Assembly (NCBI GenBank): GCA_020137815.1
Contig: CM035361.1
Span: forward strand, 1,860,001-1,924,000
Direction of reading: 5' to 3'
Source: Hormiphora californensis
Lineage: Eukaryota > Animalia > Ctenophora
Length of the DNA: 64,000 nt
The notes below the pieces were generated by a model. That model searched no databases. It was not told where the DNA came from and was given only the letters and a program-made list of their open reading frames with translations. Below, piece after piece: positions 12,301 to 26,800 of this stretch (positions are counted from its first letter, which is position 1; each line of letters begins with the position of its first letter). A program made the translations under genes and the position numbers.

Positions 12301-15300
12301 TAATTCTTAGGGATGTATAATTTATTCTTATCTGTTTTTAAATATCTGAGCAACTCTACTGACACCCCCTCCCCCCTCTTAGGAGAAGCATCCCCAAACC
12401 CGGCTAGGACTGCTAATGCTGCTAACTCAATGGGTCAACGAGTCTCCCTCAGTAGTAGCTGCCCTCTTACAACTTCCCAAGTTCATTCCCCTCTTATTGG
12501 AACTAATTGAAAATAAAGGTAGGTGTTAGTGATAAGCAGGAACCGACCGAATCAGGAAATACTGGTCCCTGATTGGCTGATAACCAGTCACTTGACCTAA
12601 ATAACGAGTTCTGATTGGTTGTTTACTTGTGGGGGCAAAGGGTACCTATTTTCTGTGGTAATTGGTACACTTTTACAATCAAATACAGTCGGACCCCGAT
12701 TTAGGGGCCCCCGATTTAGTGCCACCCCGATTTAGGGACAGGATTTTTTTCCCCCGATATAGGAAATTAACCTTATTTGACCCCGATTTAGTGGACACCC
12801 CGATTTAGTGGACAAGAGCCTTTCCCCCGAGGGTGTCCCTAAATCGGGGCCCGACTGTATCTCACGATTTTACACACAGTTATGTTCACAAGGTAAATGT
12901 AATGCAAGGAAACAGGGGAACAAATAATTCACTCATTTTCCAATTTCACAACTCTATCATGATAATTCTTCCCTTATTAAATCCTCCTGCTCAAGTGGAG
13001 TCGGATCTGTTTCAGACCTTTCTAACAATCTATGTTTCATAACCTGTTTACTATCAGTCCTCTCCAGCACTCTATTAAATACCGGTCTACTATCAGTCCT
13101 TTCCAATAACCTATGACCATTGGGAACTAACGGGGACGGTCTATTATACCTATCCAAACTTCCACACCGGTTATGGATCATGCCATTTAAACGTAAACTC
13201 TGTGGTGATCTGATGGGAGTTCGTAGGTTTTGGAGAGATGTGGGACGTTGGTAGCAGGCGTGACGGTGGCGGGGTAGGGATGTGTAGCTTTGGTTGCTGC
13301 TACCAGTTGTCATCGCCAGCAGGGGTCTTTTGTCAGATCTGGGAGGGGAGGTTTTAAGTTTGGGATATCATGGGTAGTAGTGGGAAAATCTGAGAGTGGG
13401 GGTTTAAATTACAAAATGGCTAACGTTGAACGAGAGACAGGAATTGCAAATAATAACTTGCTTTCTACCAACCTGACTATGCGCTGAATGTAGACTTTAG
13501 TAAACTCCCTGAATCGCTTATTGTTCGCCATGTAGATATAGGGGTTTACAAAACATGCAACCTGTGGGAAAGTAACAATAGTTAATAAATTAATTAATTT
13601 AACTAGTAAATTAATTAATGTAACTAGTAAATGAGTAAATTAATTAGGGAATTTATTAGTTAATTGATAAGAGTAATTAATAACTACACACCTGTAGTAT
13701 GAGCGTAACAAATCGCGTGTAGTGTATAAAGTCCTGCCTATCACTAATCACCACCGCTATATCATAGAATTGTAGCATCCAAAAGAAATAGGGCATATTG
13801 CAGGATACAAAGGTAAATGTTATCAAACCTAGATGATTTTTAGTTGTAAGTGGTTTGTAGCTCCTTGTGTCATTTTAGGAACTGTTTTTTAGTTCTTTTA
13901 GGGGGTTTAGGTGGGGTCTGCAGACGTCTGGTCTCTGTAAAATTCTTGCTTACAGTGGTCACTGGTTTTATGGTATTGTTAGCTCACCAATTATAACTAG
14001 GTTTGCCTTCTTGATTCCCCGTGCACCTTTACAGTGTGCCAATATCACCAGGGCAGCATTCAGAATCACCAGTGTTATAGACGGGACAACCTGCATAGTG
14101 AGAAGGCATATTTATCTTGGGATGGTTGATAAAGGAGTAGAGACTCTAGAAATCCTGAGATAATACCAGGACAAAGGAAAATAATTCGGCTAAGAATTAG
14201 GATATTAGGATATAAGAATTCGTGTAGGAGAGAGATCTAAAGCTGGTCAAAGAATATATCCTGGTTTTGGCACAATACACTTTCATTGAAAAGATGCACT
14301 TACCACGACAAGTATGGTCAATATTATGTCTGTAGTAACGTATCCATCTACTGGTACATCAGGAGAAGTAGGTGTCTGGGGCACATTAGGTGCTATCCCG
14401 CATCCAATCAAATAGGGGATATAATTCACCTGGGGGAGGGGGAGGGGGAATCAAATAGGGAATATAGTTCACCTAGATATATGTGGGGGGGGGGGGGTTT
14501 GTAAGTTATCTAGAGAGTAGAGAGGGGAACTGATGCAAAAATGAGGTTTGGGTGTTTACTGTTTTGAAGAAAAGGTTGAATGAGAGAATTTAGTCGAGAG
14601 TTTGAACTTTCTACAAGACTAGGTTAAAGATGAAACTCTACTGATTTGGTTTGAGTATTATTTACCTTGGACGAAAGAGTTGCTTCAATGGTGGATATGG
14701 TATAGATGTTACTTCCCAGAAATGCAGTAAGAGATACTGCTATCTTGATCCTTTTCTGTGGGTGGGGACTCAGCGGGGATAAACATCTGGGGGAGATTGA
14801 GGTTGATGTTTATAGTCAAATATACTTATCAGTGAATCTTGAAGGGTTAGACTAGATTGACTAAATGCTTCTCAACCGGATCTTCTTTGAAGAGGTAGCT
14901 TATAACATCTAGTTTGGTTGACAATGCAAATGGGAATATATATGTTTAGTTTGTCAGTTTATTGTCATACACAGCATATATAATATTTGTTCGGCTAAGT
15001 GTTGTTGACAAGTTAAACCATTAAAAACTCGAACAAAGCGTACCTGTACAGTTTATTGATGACCATAGCGTTAATAAGGAACGAGTTAGAGTCAATAAAA
15101 ACATAGCGAATAATAAAAAGCCCATAACATAAAAACTCCCCGAGAACCCATCTGAAAGAAAAGAAAGGGTGTTATTGTCAAGTTTTCTACTCAAGTAATT
15201 GTGTAATTGTAATTAATTAGGAGAAGTAATCTGGCTTCACTTTACCTATAACCCACAGTGGCTGTGATGATAGTAGGTAGAACGTGAAATATTCCATGAC

Positions 15301-16243
15301 AAATATCAGTCACGGCCAGGTTCTGTATCTGTATCAGTGAGGGGAGTTGTTCAGTAAGGGGAGGGAATCATTGCAAGGTTTTTCATGGTAAGATTGCGTT
15401 TTACAAAGATACATCGAATCGAGAGTGTAAGAGTTTACTGAATCCTATTGAGGGGTAAGATAACAAATTGAAAGTAGCTCCTAAATTTTAAACTGTATTC
15501 ACGAATAATACAGTTATTAAAAACTTGGGAGATTATAATGTTACTCACCAGCCATAATGAGAGGGGATCAAGTTTGATAGCTCGATATTTAATTGAGGCG
15601 ACCAATACAAATGAGTTCCCAACCAAACATAGAACTAGCACCACCCAGTACCACACCGCTATCGATATCTGATTGGGAATTTAAGATGTATTAGCGTCAC
15701 TTAAATCAGTAATAAATTAAGAAAATAATTTAAGATACTTAATTAACTTGAAAATGAATTATTTTGACTATTTCAACTATTCTGACCTGTTCAAGACTAT
15801 TTAGTTCAGAGAAGAGGTCTGTAGCATTCATACCCTGTACAAGACGCAACATTTTGAGTTCAAAATCAGACAACTTCGAGAAAAAGTACACATCTACCCA
15901 TTATCCACTCTATTTTTCCCAATCCCCTCATCTCCCTATCTCTCTTGTCTATCTCCCTACTTCTCTCTATCTCCCTATCTCTCTTGTTGTCTATCTCCCT
16001 ACTTCTCTCTATCTCTCTATCTCTCGTCAGAAAATACAGGTATCAAGTAGTGCAGTGTTATTTGATCAAATGATGCCAAACTCTTCTCGCATCTTCGCTG
16101 GCACTCACGTCTGTCGCATCCTTCTACTATTCCTACTGCATATCTCTCTTCTTCTTCTCTCTCAATCTCTCTAGCTATCCCACTTCTCTCTATCTCTATC
16201 ATCTCCACTCTCGAATTTCCTCTCTCTCTATTCTCTCTCTCTC

Positions 16244-16315
<72 letters not shown>

Positions 16316-18029
16316 ATCTCTCTCTCTATCTATCTATCTCTTTATCTTAGAGTTTTCAATTCAATCGATGACAGAACGTAGAAACGAAAAGTACACAAAA
16401 ATACTCGAGATCAGTAGGTTTCTTTCAGCAGTACAGGACCGTTAAATAGCTTTCTAAGAATAACAAATGTTAATTAGAGCAACAGGGGAGCTTTCAGGTG
16501 CAGGCACAAAACAACTAAGTTAGGCAGGTGGTGTAAATTATGTTAGTTTTCCTGACAAAGAAGAGCTTCAGAACTGTTGGATCAATTAATTTGGAAGATG
16601 GGACTAATGAACAGCATGCAACAACTACATAGCAACTAAAAATATAGTTGAGAGAGTACTATCTCTCTCTCTCTCTTTCTCTCTCTCTATCTCCCTCACT
16701 CTCTCCCTAACTCCCTGGTAATAGTAACATGAAACGAGTCTTTACACCCTGGCCCCGCTAATGGCATTGGAAATGACATCTATCAACAGTGCCCGGCCTG
16801 TCTCAGCTTCGAAATAGTTTCCATAACTCCAAAAAGAAATGGGAATTGGATCAGCGTGACGGAGAAAATAGAGAAAGAGAGGAGAATTAATGTCGTCATT
16901 CCACTGCAAACTTGCACCTGTATGTGCTGTATGTGCCCCCACCGGCCACCCCAAATCCCCCTGCTGGCCCTTTGTGGCCATTATAATAGAGAGATCAGTG
17001 AGATGGAAATCTAGAAAGAGAGAAATAGATAGTGATGGATATAGGGAGAATGAGAGAGGGAGGGAGCACCGAGCATTGGTGGGAATTACTGACACTGATA
17101 CTTGATAGCGACAATGCACAATGTACACATGTTTTTAATTTCAAAATATTACACAATCACTATCGTCACTCAATCTACCATGTGGAACCAAGCCCACAAT
17201 TGTTTTGTTCAAACCGGGGAGGGTCGAACAAGGCAAGCCCAAACTACCTCGACTTCTGGGCTAAACAATGACTATAGGTGCTTTGTTACAAATTCTATAC
17301 TATTTTTTGTGATGCGAAAGTCAAGATATATGCGACAGTCTTTATGGACAATATACCAGCTAGCATGCATACTAATTTGAGATCTAATGTCTAAACCAAG
17401 TAAGAATAATTTCGGTAGACCTGTGTAAGTTTTGTATAATAAAGCCGAATCTCTTGTCATGTTCTAACCCTCTGGGGCGTGGAGAGGTCTCCTGGTGGAA
17501 TGAACTGAGAGAGATATGAATATGCAGCGGGGAGAGTGGTGAACGTATGAAACAGGGGGAATTAAAATGAAGCATTGGGAATTAACATCAAACAGCGGCC
17601 CTGTAGCAGAAATTGAAACTCAGTTCATGAATGTGAAACTTGGGAAATGAATGTGAATGGGTAAAACTCGATTTGTGAATTTGAAACTCGGAGAATGAAT
17701 GGGCAAAAGGGAAAACGCAGCTGTTATATACTAATGAGCTGCATATATCTCTGAAAAGCGACGAACTCCCGCCCTTGGTGAAGCTCTCATATAAGTTGAG
17801 ACATTCCTGCACTATAAGATGTCGTATTTTTACTCGCTCTCTTTCCCTTTCTCTATCTCTCTCCCTCTCTCATTCTCTTATATTTACTCACTACAATCTC
17901 ACTTTTCACTAATTTCTATTCTCTCATATTGTTTCTGATATTCTGGGTATCTATACTATATTTCAGTATATTCAGGGCTGTCTTCCTACTGTCGACAACT
18001 TGAATCCCCTTATATTATATCTGCCTTTA

Positions 18030-18100
<71 letters not shown>

Positions 18101-21100
18101 TTCTCTCTCTCTCACGTTTTATCTCCTCTTTTTCACAGTTCCTGATTCAGCTGGTATAAATTACAGACACGCATATATTGTTCTCCTATTCGTCATATCT
18201 ATCCGCCTTGTTCCTTTTAAATTCTATCTTTCTCTCGTTCGAGCCCTATCTCACTCCCCTTCAGCTGTCACCAAGGCTGTGTCTAGTTTAATTTCTTTTA
18301 GTCTACACAAAATGAATACATAGTTACAAAATAAGAGGTATTATTTAGACATTATTAGTATTCAAGCAGAGAAAAATGAACAATTTTAACACAAAAGTTG
18401 AGAAAAGGAGTTGTATAAAACAACAGCAATCTAACTAAATCAAAGACTGGAAGTTATCACAGGTAAAACATGATCTCTCCTCCACTCCTCTCTCTCGCTC
18501 TATGTTGCCATAGTTACAAGATCTCCAGTGGTCCCAGTCATTTGCCGACCACATAATTGTCTCCCAAACACATTGTATCACACTGCTAACTGAGATACCC
18601 CTCTTACCAAGTTAGCCTCTTAGTCCAAGAGAAAGGAGAGGGAAGGAAGGAAGGTATAGAGACTCATCATATAATTATAGGACTCTAATTTCAATGAAAC
18701 ATGACAACAACATGCTAAACATGGACTGGTATAATTAATGCTTTTGTATTCATCCTTTTAGTTCACACACATAGTCACAAAGTTAACAAAGCCACTGATG
18801 AAATACGGATAAGGGGAGCATGATGCGCATTGCGACATTGAGTGCACTATGCATATATAATGGTCGATAAATAATAGTTATATAAGTGGCCAGTGGGGTC
18901 GTGGGGAAGGGAGAGGGAGAGGGAGAGGGGTAGGGAGAGGGGAGAGGGAGATGACAGGGAGAGGGAGAGAGGGAGAGGTGGGAGAGGGGTAGGGAGAGGG
19001 AGATGGGAGAGGTAGAGGGAGAGGTAGAGGGAGAGGGGGAGAGGGGTAGGGAGGGAGGTAGGGAGGGGGAGATGGCAGGGAGGTAGGGAGAGGGAGATGG
19101 CAGGGAGGTAGGGAGGGGGAGATGGCAGGGAGGTAGGGAGAGGGAGATGGCAGGGAGGTAGGGAGAGGGAGATGGCAGGGAGGTAGGGAGAGGGAGATGG
19201 CAGGGAGGTAGGGAGAGGGAGATGGCAGGGAGGTAGGGAGGGGGAGATGGCAGGGAGGTAGGGAGAGGGAGATGGCAGGGAGGTAGGGAGAGGGAGATGG
19301 CAGGGAGGTAGGGAGGGGGAGATGGCAGGGAGGTAGGGAGGGGGAGATGGCAGGGAGGTAGGGAGGGGGAGATGGCAGGGAGGTAGGGAGGGGGAGATGG
19401 CAGGGAGGTAGGGAGGGGGAGATGGCAGGGAGGTAGGGAGGGGGAGATGGCAGGGAGGTAGGGAGGGGGAGATGGCAGGGAGGTAGGGAGGGGAGATGGC
19501 AGGGAGGTAGGGAGAGGGAGATGGCAGGGAGGTAGGGAGAGGGAGATGGCAGGGAGGTAGGGAGAGGGAGATGGCAGGGAGGTAGGGAGAGGGAGATGGG
19601 AGAGGGGTAGGGAGAGGGAGATGGCAGGGAGGTAGGGAGAGGGAGATGGGAGAGGTAGAGGGAGAGGAGGAGAGGGGTAGGGAGAGGGGAAAGGGAGAGG
19701 GGTAGGGAGAGGGGTAGGGAGAGGGAGAGAGGGAGAGGTGGGAGAGGGGAGAGAGAGATGGCAGGGAGAGGGAGAGAGGGAGAGGTGGGAGAGGGGTAGG
19801 GAGAGGGAGAGAGGGAGAGGTGGGAGAGGGGTAGGGAGAGGGAGATGGGAGAGGTAGAGGGAGAGGGGGAGAGGGGTAGGGAGAGAGGGAGAGGTGGGAG
19901 AGGGGTAGGGAGAGGGGTAGGGAGATGGAGATGGCAGAGCATTCGTCATACTGTCTTTGTATCACTTACACAGGAGCATGATAAAACCAAATCATGTGCA
20001 TGTGGGTTCTAGAGGATCCTACCATTATGGCACCTTTAATTAATATCATCAGACATGAACAAGTCATGATTATTGTCATCAGACATGAACTGGTCATTAT
20101 TATTTTATCATCAGCAAGTCAAATGATATAACAACAAAGGTGTGAAAATGTTGAATATTGTGGTAGTGATGGGGGACATTGTGATACTATTGAAGGGTGG
20201 AGGAGACTCAATGATCATATTTTCATAATGATCTCTACCCCTCCATAAAACGTTATTATCTTTATCAAAATGTTGAACCGGCATAATATATTCGCTCGAC
20301 ATCACCCATTCAATCTTATCAACTCAAATATGCTTCAATCATGTCAACATACATAATTTATAAGCTCACTAATCACGTTTCTATTGTAATAATATGGACA
20401 AATTGAGACTCGTTGGATTTTAGGATCAAAATTTCCCGTAAAATTACAATTTTGTTGATCGTGAGTCTCAATTTGTCCATATTACATATTACAACAGAAA
20501 TATATAATTATGAGACTTATATCGAGCTGTCAGCTAGACAACCGAGCAATTATACAAATTCACTAATCACTAATTACTAATTAAATAATTACTAATTATC
20601 TCCCCTGCTCAGATGCCCAAGAGGAAGCGTGTGATGTACAGGGTGCTATAGGAGGGATCCTACTGGGACTGTGCTTCAAACATAATGACAACTCTTGTCC
20701 CCAATACACCAAGTACGTGTGATAGACCCATATTTGGGTCCGGGCACTTACCCCAGTGTTTCTACCTGTGCTGATACTAACAATCCCCCTGGTGAACTCT
20801 TGCCCCCCCCCCCCCAGCTGATATGTATACTCCTACCACTGCTGCAGGTCGATCATCCAGTATCTCACACCTCTAATATCTCCCAGGTCGACCCTCCAGC
20901 ACTTGATAACCCAGCGAGTTGGACTGGACGACTATCGAGAATTACTGGATTCCATGTTGATAAAACCACAATTTATATCCGCCAGCAAAACACCCCAACC
21001 TAGCCCTAGTGATACCCTGGCACTCGACTACGCCTTTACTAAACTATATAAAAAACTGACAGGTGAGATAGTCAACCCTCTCTCTCGCCGCCCTGTGATA

Positions 21101-23728
21101 GTCAACCCTCTCTCTTCGCCCAATTGTAAAGGAGGGTTAGAACATAACAAAGATAGGACGGGTAAAGGAGGGTTAGAACATAACAAAGATAGGACGGGTA
21201 AAGGAGGGTTAGAACATAACAAAGATAGGACGGGTAAAGGAGGGTTAGAACATAACAAAGATATGCCGGGTATAAACGGAGTAAGCTGGGGAGGGTTTTT
21301 ATATGTCTGTACAAAATATTTGACACCATTCAAATAGCTGGGCGGAGGGGAAGGGCTAGCAATGTAGAGGTATCAAGTCGCCTGACACTATGTCCGTGTT
21401 AAAAAGTATGACCAATTCAATGCGTAGTAAGAAATGCGAAAGAAAAGAAACTAGAGGGTATGCCGGATGTGTCTGGGTTAGCTCACGAGTCTTATCTGTT
21501 TGGGAAACGCACTAGCTGGAGTTTTAACATCAAGCTTTTACGAAAAACTTTCATTTTAAAAAATGGATCTTGAATTTCATTTGGTTTGCATATAGAATAT
21601 GACTTTCCAGGAAATGACTTTACAGGAAACCCGTGGTAATTGAACTCATTTTCCTCTAGTTTCATGTATTATGAACACATGATTTAATCAATTAGCCGTT
21701 ATCAGGTTTCCATATTGTAACTGCTTTGTCATCACTTGAACAATTCAGGAAACTAAAAGTAGAAACTTTACATATTTGAATTCTCTCCAAAACTCTCCAC
21801 ACATTCTCTTTGGGTGGGAAAATTCACTGACAAAATGCATTGTTCAAATGGATGGACGTGGGGCGAGGTCCTGCTACAGCAGCTCTGTATCTATTCATGT
21901 ATCAAACTTGCTCGACCCTATTTCACAACAAACTTACTGGAGACCTCTTTCTTCAGATGTTATCATGAAAAGTTTGGAGGGAGACGAGGAAAGTGAACAA
22001 CTTGATCAAAATACGTTAGAAACACACGATCTAATTGTAACCGGGTAATAAGATGATTAATTAGATAATAACCTCAATAAATCAACAGAGATTTTAATGT
22101 GCAGAGTGCAACTTCATACTTAGAATTATAATTGTGGCCTAGTTGAGTTCCTTTATTCATCAAGTCCAATGTCCAGGTATAAGGATCTGATAAAGGATCA
22201 GGACGAAGAGATAACGAGATTGAAAGGAGAATTGGAAAGTACTAAGCAGAACCAGGTATGTATCCGCTAGTAATAACTCAACCAATAGTTATTTGTATAC
22301 CATTTCGTTGTTCTCCCCTAATACTCGTCAGCTTAAACTCATTTTGTTCTGGTTTCCATCTCAATAAGTCATGCATTGAGATGGAAGCCAGAACACTAAA
22401 GACTATCCTCTCATGCAGGCTGTACAAAATGAGCAACTACAGAAGTACGCTAAAGATCAAGAGGCGTACTATCAGCAATACATTCAACAACTTCAAACTT
22501 GGTTAGTTAGTACATAATAGCTGTGAATCACCCTACAAATTGGAATAATGATCATCAGAAAATAATGATCGTCAGATAATATATGTAGCTTCTAGAACCC
22601 AAGAAGGGGCTAGAAGGTGGGCAATACATAGTAATTATTGATTCAACTTGGGGCCTCATGGGAATTTGAAACATATTCGCTCGCTATTTTAGGGGAGAGT
22701 TAATGTGGAGAGCAGGTGTTTGAAATGATATATTTATGCCCTTTTTATTAGAAATAATCAAACAGCCAAAAGTAGAAAGTGCAGAATGTAATTTGAACTT
22801 GATTAAAAATATTAAGAGTTCTGAAAATAAGTAGCCAAAATCCAAATATTCAAATACAGGTGTCATGACAAATCATAGTTTGTTCAAGAGTAAACAAATG
22901 CCATACAAGTTTGAAATTGTTTTTAGTTGCACTCGGTAGATTCGTTTGACAATCAAGTTTGTATCTGAAGTTCAAAGCATTTCCCTTTCTATCTCTGTCT
23001 TTATCTTTAGTCTCTCTGTCACTGTCTCTCTCTATCAGTATCATGCACTAAATCTTCTTCTCTCTCTCTTTCTCTCCCAACTTCTCTATCTCACTATAAT
23101 TTGACAGTCCGTATCAGCTGTCGACAAGTCCCAAAAAGAATGTGTATGTTCAGAATCAGGATAGAGGGCAGTAGGGCTCATTAGGAAAAGTCGTATTTGT
23201 GTATCACCGTGTCTCTACTACTCGATGTGAAAACATCTGAAACTCTTCTAAAATTTAAACTTGATTAGGTGCTAGGCAGTTCATTACATGTAGCCTGACA
23301 CTGCACAACCAATCCAAGTATATCCTAGTTTTACACCCCCCTGTTCCCAGGTATGCGGACCAGATGAGTTCAGCCCAGGAGCAGCTCTCAACAGGACCCC
23401 CTCTCCAGCCCACAACCGCCCAGTCACAACCGGCTGATGGTGGAAGAGTTGAGGAGCTTGAGAGTGAGGTTAACAGGTAACGAAATTAATAAACAGACAT
23501 GATATTGGTAAATAAGGACTGCAAAAAACAATTTGGCAAATTGCCTTCCTTTTTCTAGGCAAATTATTTGCCTAGAAAAAGGAAGGCAACTGATTATCCT
23601 ATAGTTGTGCCAACAGTAACGGCTATTATAGAACCAACTATGCAGCTGCAGTTTGAGGCAAAATGAAAAAACGAGTTTCCAACAAAATTAACTAGGCAGC
23701 TGCATCAAAAAGTTACCACCGGATTAAG

Positions 23729-23760
<32 letters not shown>

Positions 23761-23812
23761 TCTTCCCTCTCTCTGTCTCATTCTCTCTCATTCTCTCTCT
23801 CATTCTCTCTCC

Positions 23813-23843
<31 letters not shown>

Positions 23844-23861
23844 AGTCTCATTCTCTATCCC

Positions 23862-23896
<35 letters not shown>

Positions 23897-26800
23897 TCCT
23901 CTCTCTATCTCTCCCTATCTCTCTATCTCTCCCTATCTCTCTATCTCTCTTCCTCCCTCTCCCACTCGACCAACTGTGCTCGCGAGTTGCTCAATTTACA
24001 ACACATCTTTTGTCAACAACAATAATTACTCCACTGTATGTAGACCCCCCCCCCCCATGTAGACAGTGTAGGTGAAGCAAAACTTTAGTCCCCGCCCCTC
24101 TAACAATTATAACGTTGAACATAATTAACATGACAGGTAATTGGGGGGTCAGAGTCTAACTATAAAATGCAATGAGATGCCAGATATCATTATTATTATT
24201 AGATTCTGTCACACACACTACTAGACTTACATCAAGGGAGCAACTAGGAAATGTTTTTCCTGGGATATAAGTCCTACTAATTTACTAGTTTCCGTAAAGT
24301 CGTCCTTCTAAACACAACACCCTCTCTATTTACCTGTTTCAGGTTGCGAATGGAGAGGCAGCAGCAGGACCAGAGAGTAGGGGAGCTGGTAGCCCAACAT
24401 GACCAGAGAGTAGGGGAGCTGGTAGCTCAGCTTGAATCCCAGTCCCAGTCCCATCTCGAACAAACACAACTCCTTCAAAATCAAGTTAGTAACACCTACT
24501 TATTTCGGGGAAGTACGTTATCATGCGCCACGTTCCCCTGTTGAATGGTTTTGATTTCTCAGATGCGCTCAGAAATCGGCTCGTTGACGCCCCCCGCCCC
24601 CTCCTCCAAAAAACCGAATGATTTTCAGGCACCAGTACTCGAGTCTTTAGATCCACCAGTGGACCTGCAACAGATTAGCTCTCTTCAAGACCGTGTAGCG
24701 GAGCTAGAGCGGGAGGTTGAGAGTTATAAATCAACTATAACTCAACTTGAAGAAGAACGGTTAATGGTGGACCAAGTTCGAGTTGAATTAGAGGGCTACA
24801 AATCCCGGGTGATTGAGTTGGAAGGGTTATTAGAGGGTGAAAAGAAGAGGTCTGGTGAACTTGAGGGGTTGTTAGAGGGCGAAAAGGAGAAGTCTGCTGA
24901 GCTTGAGGGGTTGTTAGAGGGTGAAAATAAGAAGTCTGGTGAGGTTCAGGTGAGGTTGGAGGTGTTGGCAGAGGAGAAGAGGAGTATTGTAGAGGAAAGG
25001 GAAAGGGATGTTCTGAGATTGAATGAGGAAATTGTCCTCCTAAAATCACAGGTTAGGAAATCAAAATTTTTTTCTGCTTCTCTCAAATTTACCCCTGGTC
25101 GGATATTGATCACATTCTTAGTAATGATTCTGAGTAACGATTCTGAGTAATAATAATAAACCAGCATATAATAATATTTGATCAATATCTCTTCAAAATA
25201 TATGTGGAATATGATACTAATACCACACACTATATCTAAGACACAATCAATTAAATTATGGGTATATTAGGTTTGTAGTGTCATGAACAAATTAAAACCC
25301 CCGGGGAGTTGCATCATTCATTTTCTCATTTAAATTTGATTGGGATTCATTTTTTCCTGCTTAAATTTTTCCAACCGACCATATTAATCCCACGTTCCCC
25401 TCACCGCCTGGATCATTTTACCTAACTTAAAAATTCCAAAAGTGTAATATGACTTCCTTCTCGCTTCTTTCTAAAGATATATTTCCTGGACAAGCCTGCT
25501 CGGAACTAACTGCGATGTATCCTCGTTCCTTTTATCCGTTTATGGATATTACTTGATAGTTCACCAGAAAAGTAGGGCGTGAGGGCACTTTTGACGTTGT
25601 ACTGAACGTAATACTGAATACATTAAATTTGAATAATGAGTAGAGTAACCATCTATATAATACAGTGCGGAGAGATATTGTATCATAACTAGCAGATATG
25701 ATCTGTATACAACTTCAAGTAGATTAGCCATGTTAATTAGATTGGCAATTAACTACCGTGTCAGTTCTATCCAGTGTATTGAGTCGTGCTAAGATCATTG
25801 TAACTTTCCATTCCCTTTGCAGCTTGATCCAGGTTTAGTTATAAGCTTTTATTTAACTAACTAATACATTCGTGACATATTCGGATTGGGGCCCATCATG
25901 ATCAAGACGTACTATGCCTTTTACCCTCCAACTTGCCAACAAATATAGTTTTTTCATCGCTGTGCCTTGTTAATTAGGCCTTTGTACCAATTATAACACC
26001 TCCTTATACGTTCACTCACTAGCTTGTGTGCATAACTACAGCTAATTCAAGCTTTAATTGATTCTTTTTTTGGAACAAGTTATATATCAAACCTCTCTCT
26101 CCGTCTCCGCACTTCTCTCCCACGCGGGTCCTGCACTTCTTAAATTCCTGCTTTATTTTTCCTAGAATGCCTGCTCCTAGAAGAATGCTATGTTTCATCT
26201 TGGTGTTCATTTTCCTTCACACGGCAACTCCTTCAACTAACTCCGAGCCAGTACCTTCAACAAGTTCCGAGTCAGATGGTCCACCAGCCAACAGAGGGAG
26301 GAGCAGCCAGGTGCCCAGAGATGGGGGGACAAGCATCCCCGCGTTGCCCTGCGATGGGGGGACGAGCAGCCCCGCGTTGCCCAGAGATGGAGAAAGGGTC
26401 AGGAACAGTGACGGGGTGCCCAGAGGAAAGAGCAGTGACAGGGAACAGTCTGATGACCATGGTGATGGGTTATATCTACCAGATCGCAGCAGACGTTGGG
26501 GAAATATTGGGTCATCTGAAGAGGACGTCACGACGTCATCACGTGACGTCACGACGTCATCAAGTGACGTCATTGATGCCCCACCCAGGGAAGACGAGTA
26601 CTATCTGCTTGTTAATAAGGGGAGAAGGAGACCAGGTAAACTAGGGGGAGGAGAGGATATATACCGGGGTGAAGATGCTGCAATGAAGACCAAAACAACA
26701 GACGAAGATGTTCCCACAGAGGACGGCTCAGAGTCGGAGAAAGTAACAGAGAACGTATCACAACCTCCAACCACAACGGAGGCTGCAGCTGTGACACAAT

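Noticed and set aside
18783-19965. Three long Pro/Ser/Leu-rich ORFs
   Set aside because: Open in all three frames only because of the stop-free minisatellite.
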